Assembly: GCA_000165425.1 (NCBI GenBank)
Contig: CT868673.1
Coordinates: 156,886-220,885 of the forward strand
DNA from: Paramecium tetraurelia
Taxonomy: Eukaryota
Length of the DNA stretch: 64,000 nt
Reading direction: 5' to 3'
Made by a program: the position numbers and the translations under genes. Below, piece after piece: positions 27,639-40,053 of this stretch (position 1 is its first letter; every line of letters begins with the position of its first letter). The notes below the pieces were generated by a model, which did no database searches, had not been told where the DNA came from, and saw nothing but the letters and a program-made list of their open reading frames with translations.

Positions 27639-30044
27639 ATGTTGCTTAGGCATCCTCCAAAAAATAAAATTCCAGCAAAAATGAATAATAGACTGATGGT
27701 ATGTGAATCTACAGCGGATGATAATTCTGTTGTTTAATTGTGTCAAGATAAGTTGAATGAATTGAAATTATTTAAAGGAGATATGGTTTTATTGGAAGGG
27801 AAAAACAATAAGAAAACAGTAGCAATAGCAATTTCAAACCGATAGGATAAAGAATCAGTCCATATGAATTCAGTTATTAGAAAGAACTTAGGGATTTAAA
27901 TTGGTGATTTTATTACAATTTAACCAACAGCATCTGTATCTTATGAATTATCAACTTTAGCTGCCTTAATTAACTAAAGTTCACATACTACCATTCCAAG
28001 ATTCAATTTCAGGAACAAATGAGAAAAACCTCACTTAGAATTATTTAATTCCATATTTTTTGGATGCTTATCGACCTGTTTCAAAAGGGGATTGTTTTGT
28101 TGTCAAGATGGCTAAGGAAATAGAGTTCAAAATTATTGCAACAGAACCAGAAGATATGGGAGTGGTTGGACCTATTACTATTTTGTACACTGAAGGAGGA
28201 ACAGTCAAAAGAGAAATTGAAAATAAAGAACAATTTGATAATTAAAGTGATGAAAATTAAGTCAAAGATGGTTATGCAAATATTGGGGGAATGAATAAGC
28301 AATTAACAATAATCAAAACAATTGTTGAATTATAGTTAAGGAATCCTTCAATTTTAAAAGCATCAGGATTATAAACTATTAATGGATTATTGATATCTGG
28401 AGCATCTGGATCTGGAAAGACATTAATTGTCAAAGCTTTGGCTATTGAAACAGGTGCAAACATATATTTTCTCAATGGATCTGAACTAGTAAGTAGAAAA
28501 CAAGAGGAGGCAGAGAATATAGTTAAAAAGGTATTTGAACTTGCAGAGACAAATACACCTGCTATTATACTCATACAAGATATTGATTGTATAGCTATAA
28601 AAAAAGGTGAGGGTAAATCTTAGATGGATAGAAGACTGCTGTCTTAATTAGTAACGATAATGGATCACTTATAAGGAGTTGAAAAGTTAATTGTTATCGG
28701 GGAAACAAATCAACCTGATTGCATTGATCCAGCATTAAAGAGGTTTGATAGATTCGATAAAGAAATAGAACTTGGAGTACCGAATGAAGAGGAAAGAATG
28801 GAGATCTTAAAAATACACACTAAAAAAATGAAATTGGCTTAAGATATTGATTTAGCATATATTGCCAAAGCTACTATAGGGTTTGTTGGTGGGGATATTG
28901 CTGCACTTTGTAAATAAAGTGTTTTATAGTGCTTAAAAGATAAAATGGATTATCTAAATATAGATAATCAATAATTGGATGATATGACCTAAGAAATCAT
29001 TACGGTTACAAATGAAAATTTCATCAGTGCATTAAGAACAATGAAACTCAATGATTTAAATAAGTATTCTATTGAAGTACCTAATTTGAGATGGAAAGAT
29101 ATTGGAGATCTATAGGACATTAAAAAGTAGCTTCAAGAAATAGTTGCTTTGAAACAAAACTATTCAAAAGGTTTGAAATAATTTGGGTTGCAATTATCCA
29201 AAAACATTATACTATATGGTCCTTCCGGATGTCGTAAGAAGTCTCTAGCTAAAGCTTTGGCAGGTGAAAATTCTATGAATTTCATATAAATTAAGAGACC
29301 TTTGTCAAGTCAATATTTAAAGGAGATATTTAGTGCAGCAAAACAATAATAACCTTGCATTTTATTATTTGATTAATTCGACTTATTTTTCAGAAAATAG
29401 AGTTCTGATGATATACAAGATGCTCAGCTTAATTAGCTATTCATTAGTGAATTGGATAATGTCCTTAATGAAGACAATCTATTCTTTATAGGAATATCCA
29501 ATAAGCCAGACATCTAAGATGATATTAGATTAAAAGAGAGATTCAATTATTTTATCTATGTTGGATTACCAGAATTTCAAGCAAGGATAATTGAATTCAA
29601 AATTAATTTAAAAAATACTCCAATTTCTTAAGATGTGGATTTAAATTCCCTTGCTTAATTTACTGATGGTTTCTCATGTTATGATATAAAATAAATTTGT
29701 TAAAATGCTAAAAAGGCTGCTTTGAAAGAAGTAATATATTAGTTTAGATTTAGATGATTGATGCATAAGAAAACGCAAAAGGCACATCCAAAAATTACTA
29801 ATAATTAGATTCTTTTCCTCAAATTACAAGATAGCATTTCGAAACTTCATTATAATAAACTTAAAAGTCATACACTTATCATGTAAATTAAAATTATTAT
29901 AAATAGCAAATTTCATAAATCTAAGGTTTTCAAAAATCACTTGTTTAGTAATAAAAATCCAATAAAGCCGATTTCAAATTCTAATGGCCTCTAACAACTT
30001 CGAAAGAAAATCAGATGGAAGAGATTGAAGAATAAATTTCCTGA
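27639..30044 (+). CDS. CDC48: CDC48/p97-like AAA protein, highly divergent, with degenerate catalytic motifs
   Basis: N domain ([45 protein letters not shown]), D1 ([28 protein letters not shown]) and D2 ([25 protein letters not shown]). Three short introns. Confidence 0.88.
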
Positions 30045-30304
30045 TGTTATTTATTTGATATAATAATATTCATTTAAAATAGTAAGTTCTTAATTTTGTA
30101 ATTTTAAAAGAGTCAAATTAATATAAAAATTTTAATATAAATTATAGAGAGCAATGCTCACTTATATTTCTACTCTTAATAAGAGTGCTGCTTTTTTAAT
30201 TATTAAAAATTTCTTGATAAATTCGCCTTCCTTCATCATATTAGAATATTTAAATTTTTTTTATTTAGATAGAAATAATAAATTATATAATTTTAATATA
30301 TTTT

Positions 30305-33300
30305 TCATCCAAAAAGCTTTTGCCCAATAATCGAAAATATCTATGTTGAAATTTGCTTAAGAACAAAAGCGGCAAATTCATCAAATTGCTAAGGTTTAGA
30401 TATAATTTATACATCTTTTGTGGTGGTGAACTATTTAGGTGATTTATAGGGTTCTAATTATATAGTGACATCTTTAAATCTCTTAATTTTGGATGGGTGT
30501 TTGAATGTGGCCACTAATTTAAGTTCGCTTACTTATAAAGAATTGAAATAATCTGGGATTTATTTAGATATATTCTCCATTGCAGCTAATATATAATAAT
30601 ATAAGAGATACATTTCATTTATTCCTTCTTTTCAATGCTTAATCTATTATTTCTTTGTGTAGATTCATCTCCGAAGAAATAATTATAAAACTGATCATAC
30701 AATTCATCGGTCAAAATGATTGTTAAGGGATTCATCTTAATGTCATGTTAATCAATTATAAACCATTTTTATTAATATATCTGAAGAGGATAAAACTTTT
30801 TGATCATTCTGAAAAAGGGTTACTGTTTGGATTCTTTGATCTCTTAACTTAATACCATTTTGTAATCAGGATCTTACTCAATTTTATTAATTGCATCTAA
30901 ATCCTAGAGTAGAATATCAATTTTGTGACTATCATTCTCAAAAACAGTTTCAATGATTCTAATTTATCTGATATTGAATAAAATAAAGCTGATTTCTTGA
31001 TCATCCAATAATGATAGACTTGTTTCCTTAATGGCATAATCTAGTTTTGATTTTTCAGCCCCATAATGTTCTAGATTTTCTGAGATTTTCTTCTTAATCA
31101 TTTGATCAAGTTATTTTAAGCCATACTAATTCAATTCTTTTAATTTATTTCTACAGAATCTCTCTTTGTTTTCAAATTCATTTTTTGTAGTCACTGCCAT
31201 TTCCATAAAAGTTACCATATCTAAGAATTGATCTAATTAATATTTCTTCATTGTTGCATTGAGTTATCCAACCTTTACTTATACTATAGGTCTCCTTAAT
31301 TCTTAATTCCAATAATTAGGATTGTGTTTCTTATTATTTGATGAGGATATTTCTGTGAAATCTCTGGTATTTTCTCTTAACTGATAACTTTAGATCTAAA
31401 ATAGAGCATAATCACATTTAATAATCTTTTCATAATCTTGACTAGTGAATCTTACAGTCTACTTGGCATCTAAATGCTTTTGTAATACTTGACAATCTAA
31501 TCCATTGAATATCAATTTGGTAACTAGTTTTTTATCGATTTCTTGGCTATCAAATGGTAGAATATACTCTGACATTATAATCTAGCAATCTTTGGGTGAG
31601 GTTAGGATCATTTGACAATTAGCATTGTGATATTAGAAATTGAATTGAGGATTGACCAATGAAACCATCAATATTAATTCTTCTCTACTATAGGATTTGG
31701 GTTTGGATTAATCTAATTGCATATCAAAGTTTTATTTAGCCTCTTTATTCTAAGGTATTTCAAGACTCTCAAACACATTACCCCAGATGTCTTATAAGTA
31801 AAATGTAAATAGAAACTGACTATCCAAAGCAGAAATGAAATTCTTTATTATTTTCTTGGTCATAACAGTATTAGTATTGTTCTCCTCATCTTCATCCAAC
31901 AAATCTATTTTCTAGTTCTATTTATACTCTAATGATTTTGCTTTTAAGAAGATGTCGAAAGCATTAAATTCATTTTTTGGTTATGGTTTTATTTGAATGC
32001 CTGATGCTCTGCCTCTGACTTTAACATCTTCGAGTGAATCCTCCAAGTATGACTCATCAGTTTATAAATTAAATAAGTGATATTGTGGAGTAAGTGTAGT
32101 ATTAATGATGAAGGGTTGTTTAAGGAACTTCTTCAATTTCTTCAATTCATGGAAAGTCATGTTTTACAAGTTCTATGATTGATTTAATTCACTCTAATAG
32201 TAGTCTACTGGTTGAATGTCAAAGAAGTTTACAAACTATTATTGTTAACCCAAAGGTTCTGGCTATTCCATGTCCAACATTTGTTTTCCATCAAACATAG
32301 AAGATACCAATTGGTCACATCTTGCTGCGATAGATTGGACTTCGAATCTCCATTCGTTATCAATTCTATTAGGTTCTAATTGGACATTGACCTTCAAAGA
32401 TTGAAGTAAGGCTTAAAATCCAATAAATGGGACATCTTTATATTTCAGAAATGTCTCATTGTGTTATACTGGTTTTTCTGAGTTTGTAAAGAACATTCTA
32501 AATTTATTTGAATAGACTCTAATGTTAACCTTCTTTGTATGTTAAAATAATGACTATTTAATCATCAAGGATTCCATCAATTTTATGTATGTATAATTAA
32601 CCAAAGTCTTATAATCAGCATACATGTTCCATTCCATCTCGTACATTTGATTGTCCATCACTTGTGGCAATTTATTAATTTACACTGAAAACATTCTCAA
32701 TACATCATGTCTCAAAATGGGTCTATTCTTCAACCATCTCATAAACTAGTTCTAATAATGGATAAAGAAACAATGCTTTTGTTGATCTCTAAAATTAGAT
32801 TCCTTATAATGTTCATATTGAATGCAATCGACTTTAACTTCGATTTGCAATTATTGACTTATAAAATCATTTAAGCTACTATTTATTTAATTAAAGTAAG
32901 GTTTTCTCATATAAAAGTAATGATCGTATTGATCTTTTTGAGCAAACCAGTTGAATTCAGTAATCATCTAGATTCTTGGAATGTAAAGTACTTTTTAGAT
33001 TTTTGGAATTCTACCCAATTTAAGTTTATCAGCTTAGCCTTTTAAGGTCCAATTTAAAAATTCAACGTTTAATAACTTCGATGAAAACTTAATGCAATCA
33101 ACTGAATAAGGCAATATGTCTGTTGTGATTTACAAAATTAAATGATCAAGTTGAAAGTGCAATTTCCCATGGAATTTTAATCTGAATCTATCCCAAAATG
33201 TCAATTACTCCTTTATTACTATCTTATTTTGCTATTAATTTACACTTTGACCCATAATTTGATTAATTCTATTGGAGATTTCTCGGAAAGCAAATACTAA

Positions 33301-36021
33301 ATTCAATCCTGCTGCTATTTATAATTATTTGGTCTCCAAATTTAAATCATAAAACACTCTAAACCCAATCTATATATTTTAGGTGTTCAATCTTGAAATA
33401 CATAGAAATGTGTTTAATTTGATACCTCTTATATCGAGGATATTTAACTTATAATCCCTTAGAGATATTCTAATTTATTCCAATGAAATCTCACAATTGG
33501 CCAACTCAAAGTACTCAAAGAAAGACTCATCTAATTAAGTTGGATGAGAATCTAATTTCGTAATCTTATCAAGTACTTGATTGACAGTCAGATTTTATTT
33601 CTTTAATTTTAGATTGATATTCTAGAATTTCAAATGCAATAATGGATATGATTATTATGTTTTTAACCCTTCCAATACTCTACTTTCATTCTGTCTGCTT
33701 TTGATTGTTTCAAACTTCTCTTAAAATCTTCTGTATCTACACATCGCATCATTTAGTTTTGTGTCTTTAATAATGACTTCAAAATTTATGATACTAAGAT
33801 TAGTGTTTTTTCCAAAGATCGATCTAACCTTTGTGGTGACATCTTAATCGTTAGGTATTTTTTTAAGAACCCCATCATGAGAGGATCTTCTCTTCTTCAA
33901 TTAGGACGTGTCAATCTCTTCTTGATTAATGTCAAAGATCTACTTTCTAGACACAATAGTGTTCATTTATTTAATACCTTATAGGAATACATTAATATCT
34001 CTAACTTCCTCTTCAAAATTGAGGATGGCAGACTTAATATTAATTTACATCAATTCAGCACTACTTTTGGTTTGAATTTGATCAATTACAAATAGGGATT
34101 ATTCCTGAAATTTAATTGAGAATTAATTTAAATCAATATTATTAGGATCTTTGGTATTGATTTCCAGAAGATTCACTTCAGCCAAGAAGGGTTTAGCCAG
34201 ATATTTGAGTTTAATTTCTTTGCAATTGACGATTTTATCTTTGATTACTGGTTTATTGGCTTTTGATTTCTTTTTTTCTAAAGGTGTCAATTTGAATGAA
34301 GTAAATTTGGACAATTATTATCTGAATATTTTCTAAAGCTAATAAATTCTTAATATCTTTTCAATGTTGATTTACTCTACCAATAATTGAAATGTATTGA
34401 AGGTGTAATTCACTATTTGAGCATTATTTTGCATTTTGAAATCTTTGATTAATCCATCTGTTTAGCTAATATTGCTTGTAATCTGGCAATTGTCAAATGA
34501 AATTTAAGATTCATTAACATCTCCTTCATTTGAAATATAATGAAATTTATTAATAGTGATTGAATTAATAATTGCACCATCAAAGATTAAATTAATTTAA
34601 AATTTATTAGTAATTAAAAAATCAAAAGAAGTACTTAATGCACTGTTGAGATCAATATTCAGAAATTCACAGCACATCTCCTTAGCTATACGATTGTATT
34701 TTTTAAAATATTTGCTTTATTCATAGTTTTCTACAAATGCAACTCTGAATTCTGATGCCAATTCAGTTTAAATAAGAGTAAAAAATTTAATCAGTTAAGG
34801 AGATAAATTAATGGTAAGATCTCCAAATCTGATGAAATGTTTTGTGTGATCATTAGAATGCACAGTATTGCTGGATATGGATTCAAGGTTCCAAGAAATA
34901 TCTTAGAATTTAATATCTTCTTGTAAAGTATTCACAGTAAACTGTTTACATTAGATAATGCCTTTTTTGGTTTAATCTGTATCGACGATATCAAATTACC
35001 CATAATATTTCAAATGTTGCCATTCAAACACAAGTTTGTTTTGAGTATACTTAAAAAACTTTTAGGTTAGGATGTTGAAGGAATTCTTTTTCTCATTATC
35101 GGAATCATTGAAGATACTGAATTCAATCTTGAAGGAGGCGAAATTAAGATTCATTTCTCTGGGTTTTCCTAAAAACATGAATCCTCTTTCATTGAATTGT
35201 CGTTTAAGAATTTTATTAATATCTGGTCTGGTCCAAAATTCATTGGCTAAGACGTCCATAGTGTAGAAATATTCACTTTTACAAAACCAACGGACCTCCT
35301 GGATGTTGACATCTATGTAGCTGTGTTCTTCTAATAGATCTACCAAAAGTCCAGGTTTAGTGATTGCATTTAAATTAATAGTATTAATTGTGAAACATTG
35401 ATGCATGTTGGCTCCTTCGCTATTGAGTTTCCATTGAAGATGACCGTTTTGATTTAGGTGCAAAGATACTGATGTCTAGCCCAATCTCAAGGTCATATCT
35501 GGCAAATCCTTCTCTTTGGAATTGAGTTTTGGCAGGGTGACATTGATTGCATTGAAATGGATGTCGAGGCGAGAGAGGGTTAGGAAAAGACAATTGATGG
35601 CTGAAGATTCCAAAAGCAAGGATAGGAATGGGATTTGTTTGGTTTTACGATGTTGAATTTTTTGTTGAGTGTAGGGGAGGAATTTGGATTTGAGTCTTTC
35701 CATATACAATTATTCCTCAAATTAAAAGCCGATTTTGATAGGTTGGTTGGGAATGAACCTTAAGTTCAAATCAGCGATATTGACATTAAATCTCCACTGA
35801 TTGGGGACTTTTGAAATTTGTATACGTGCTATATTTACAACAACTATTATATGTTTCTTGTATTAATATCTTAATTCCATATTGTAAAGCGAAAAGGGTA
35901 TGTATGAATATTGGAGAGCAAGGACTTTCTTATGGAACCGAGCCAACCACTTTATCCATACAGGACAAAATAGAATGATTATTAAAATAGCATTGATTAT
36001 TAGAATCAATGTATTAAACAT
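30305..36021 (-). CDS. BLTP2: Bridge-like lipid transfer protein BLTP2/Hobbit (KIAA0100/FMP27/SABRE family), about 1,900 aa
   Basis: N-terminal TM helix (MFNTLILIINAILIIILFCPVW), very long beta-rich body, C-terminal Apt1-like motif DIKMNPLTIILTDELYDQFYNYFFG, and end ...QKLFG*. Few introns, near the 3' end. Confidence 0.72.
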
Positions 36022-36044
36022 ATTTGTATATTTATTAATAAATC

Positions 36045-37490
36045 TCAACCCTAATTTAGTTTTTTAAAATTGATCAAATTCTCTAGAACATAGTGAATGA
36101 CTGACTGTGCCTTCTGTCTATTCTTGAGTTTGTCTGTGATCCCAATGATGTCCCCTGCTTCCTTAACATAGTATTCTAAATCGTCGTTGCTGCATTTGTT
36201 TGTCAATTAGGCTAATCTCACTCTAATTATGATAAGATGGGAAGATCACTTCTCGGATGCAAACTCTTCATCCAAATCAAATAATTCGAGAGGAGGAGGA
36301 GGCAACTCTCTGGGGATAGGAGGAAACAAGGCAGGCTATAATCCCAACAAAGGAGTTTCAAATTGGGGTACAATCAGAGTTAAGGGTTCATGTTTGACAG
36401 CTAATTGACATACATAAATGTGGATTACAAAGAGTTTCATATAATTTAACAGCATCAGGAATCATATCTAGATCAAATTTAAATAGACTGGAATCAAACA
36501 AGGTAGTCACATCCTTAGGCAATTCCTCACTCTCTTATAGACAACTCTTAAGCTTCTCTGACAATTCTGCAATGTCTGGAGCATTCTTATTTTCTGACTC
36601 ATTGAATGGAGCCTTTTTGTCAAATTCGACATCTTTACTAAAATAAAATTTAAGCAGAAAATCGAAAATCTTCTGATTGTCATCCTTCTCAAAGTATTCG
36701 TCATTAAACATGTCCGTAGAACCTACAACCACCAACTTCCCTTTCTCTTAATTGATGGCCATTATGGGTCTTTCACACGGATAAGACATAGGTCCAGTCG
36801 AAAGAACTGCGAACGCTTTGTCCTTCACAACCAAAGTGGCTCCATTGGGATACACGAAATCCAACCCTCCATTATTGTTGATCTCTGATTCCTCTAGTTC
36901 AATGACTCCCTACAAATAAGGAGTGGAACCCTTGGTTTTTCGTGTTTCCTTTTGATCTCCATTGATAACTCTAACTATCTATTAATTTAATGAGTGAATC
37001 GATTACCTCTTGATTTATCACTCCCTACTATATATAGGCTTCTTTGGGATGAAAATATTTAAAAAAGCATGTTCTGACCACGCAGTCGTTATTCGCATAT
37101 ATTCCATACTTTTCTATTAATGCATTTAAATTGCTTGTGGATTTGTTCTCTCCGCCTTCAGAAAACATGATCAATATGTTTCCTCCATTATTGAGATATT
37201 CCTCAAGACACTTTATTTCTAATCATATCAATCAAACATCTAACCTTTCTCTGTAAATGGAGCTCTGGAACCTCCTAAAATTACTAAATTTGCACTCCTT
37301 AATTTTTCATACACTAAATCATCCTTATGTAATCCAAACTAGATAATTCAAAAATTCAGAACTCACCTTATATTATCCCTTGTACTTCTTCAGTATCTTC
37401 TTGTAATTTTGATTTGGATTCCCTTGTTCATTCTTGCCCACATTAAATATGATCTTATTATATACATTCTTATACTTAGAGTTCAGACAT
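36045..37490 (-). CDS. IFT52: Intraflagellar transport protein 52
   Basis: NDCVVRTCFFKYFHPKEA, FVYPNGATL, LSTGPMSYPCERP, KHEPLTLIVPQFETPLLGLQPALFPP, LPPPPLELFDLDEEFASEK. Several short introns. Confidence 0.96.
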
Positions 37491-37611
37491 CACTTTTTAA
37501 ATTAAATTTAATTATTATTACTACTCTCGAATCCAAGAGAGTTTGTAATACTATATGATATTTATGTAATAGCCATACTAATAAAATTGATCATTATTAT
37601 TTTATTTATTA

Positions 37612-38468
37612 ATGTCTGAGAACATCTTCAAATTGCAGCAACTCAATTCTCTATTCAAATCCAAAAGAGAAAACAAAGCAGAAGAAAATAAGAAAACTCC
37701 ATCCGAATCCCTCATCCAATATTCCAATTAATAAGAAGCCACTCTACAACAAATCAGAAAAAAACAATCATTGCCTGTACCCACCTTAGAATCAAAACCT
37801 ACCATTGATGTAACCCCATTAATTCTATCCTAGGAACTACTAAACTCCCTAATTAAACCAAGAGACTGGGAAATCGATGGAAGACGATTAATGCAAACAG
37901 TTTCAATTGTCCCTCCCTCAAGGGATGACATCACCAATCTGCAAAAACTTCTAGATGAACGACTCGTTTCTAGGTAGGCTCGAGAGTATCCCCTTTGTCC
38001 AATCAGAGAAGAATTGTTTGGTTAATGTTTTGATGAAATTATCAGACAAGTCACTATCGATTGCCAAGAAAGAGGTATTTACTTAAGCTATTCCTCAAGG
38101 AGTCATATTGGCAAGAGTTAGAGACGATCTAAATAAGACTATTGTAGCGTATAAAACCTTGTATGAGGGATCTATGCCTTTTAGTCTTCAAAAGCAATTG
38201 AATGCTGAGGATGGACTTAATAAATTAGAATAATAAATTACTAAATTGAACGAAACCAAACAAGAATTAGAACTAAAAGTATTTCATTTTTGTGATCTTA
38301 TATTAGAAACAATTTTTGACAAACAAGAAAGAAGCCCTTGAAAGGTCAATTAAGGAGAAAAAGGATGCCAATGAACAAAGGCGAAAGACAGAGATAGAAT
38401 TTTTGAAATATCAAAATTCTCATTTGGAATCATATCAAAAACAAGTAAATCCAAATAAGAATTAATGA
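37612..38468 (+). CDS. DNALI1: Axonemal inner-arm dynein light intermediate chain p28
   Basis: LNSLIKPRDWEIDG...LQKLLDERLVSRQAREYPLCPIREELFGQCFDEIIRQVTIDCQERG. Three short introns. Confidence 0.93.
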
Positions 38469-38520
38469 ATTTAGCGTTCATATTTTATAAAATTAAAATA
38501 TCTCTTATTTTATAGGGATT

Positions 38521-39894
38521 TCACTTTTTTTTGCTTTGTGTTTTTGTTGATTTTTCTTTAGTTATTTTTTCCTCTCTTTAAATTATGTCTTTCTTTTACT
38601 AAGATTGATTAAATTCAATTCTTACTTTAAGACTTTTATTGGATATTTTTTAATTTGTTGGAATTTATTATGCTTCAAATTAGTGTGTGTCCATAGATGA
38701 TTTAAGAATATCCATTTTCTTTTATGATGGATCTATTTCATTATTTGCTTGAGATTGTGTTGGATCAAAGTCCCTCTTGTTCTTTACAGAGTCAGTCTAT
38801 TACCATGTTTAATTATTGGGAATCAATCTCTCCTTTGGCTTTTACTATTTTTATGATTACTCTTGTGATTAAGCTAAAATTCATAGAATAATCATACATT
38901 ATAGGGTTTCAGTTTCCTCTTTTGATTCTGAAATTGAGACAGGCTAAACTTTAACTGACTATTCACCAAACACACTGGATTGCAATTCAGCCTCCCTTCT
39001 ATTTTTCGCATATGTTTCTGGATCAAAGTCCTTTACTTGATTGTTACTCTGTCCTCCTACAGTACTCCATTTTTGAGTTGAAGCTGTTAGTTTTTCTGCC
39101 TTTTAGCCTTAAATTGGTTTGCTAAACAAATTTCATTAACACTTACCTTGCACTATCACCAAAAACACTCGATTAATTTTCCATTAGTTTTCTATTACTT
39201 GGATTCTGATCCTACTGTTGTTATTGTGACTTTTTAGGCTTTTAAGGACTAGAAACTTCTAGATTAACCTCTTTGGTTGGAAGATGTTCTCTAGCTATTT
39301 CATTTCCATAAAGTTCTTTATTTCTCCTGTTATTTGGATCATAAGCAAGTTTTGGCTTGAATTCGTTTAATGTGACTGCTCTCTTTAATGATTTGTATTC
39401 GTCAAAGTCTCATTATATTAAATTTCATTTACCACTTTTACCAAATAGGAATTCTTTTCCATGATCAACTTATCTATTATCATTGTTCTTTTTCTAGTAT
39501 CTTTTAACTTCCTATTTTGAGGTTTCATTTGTTTATGTGTTTCTCGGAGGGGGAGGGGCATTTTCAATTGGTTCTGATGAGAAAATTTGAGATTGAAAGG
39601 TTTTATTTTGTCGAACCTTCTGGTATGATAATCTTTTACTTCTTATTGCTTAGTTGCTTGGGTTTCAGTACTAAATATATCTGTTTTTGGTCGAGCGCTC
39701 TGTCTTGATGGTTATTGAACAGGAGCAGGAGAATTGACTCCAAAAATATCAGATTTATTTTAGATTCTTGAGATTAAGGAATAGTTTACACTTATCTTGT
39801 AATAGGAGCTTGATCGAAGGTCTGCTTGGTGGGTCTGGATCCAGCTGCTGGTCTATTAGATTTAAGATGTTGTTTACATGTTAGATGTATCCAT
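38521..39894 (-). CDS. Low-complexity protein with repeated (L/F)xSx(I/V)F motifs, possibly microtubule-associated
   Basis: Repeats SDIFG, FQSQIFS, NQSSVFG, ELQSSVFG. ATG at 39894, short introns, TGA at 38521-38523. Confidence 0.6.
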
Positions 39895-40053
39895 TAATAA
39901 AAAAATAAAAACTAAATATTTTTTATAAACTCTTATTGCTTTGCAAGAGTGGACAGCTAAGATCTTTGAAGAATAATTTATGTCTCTAATAAAGTTATGA
40001 AAATCATTGAGCTTTGGATTATGATCTAATATATTAAATTTTTTATAATACTA

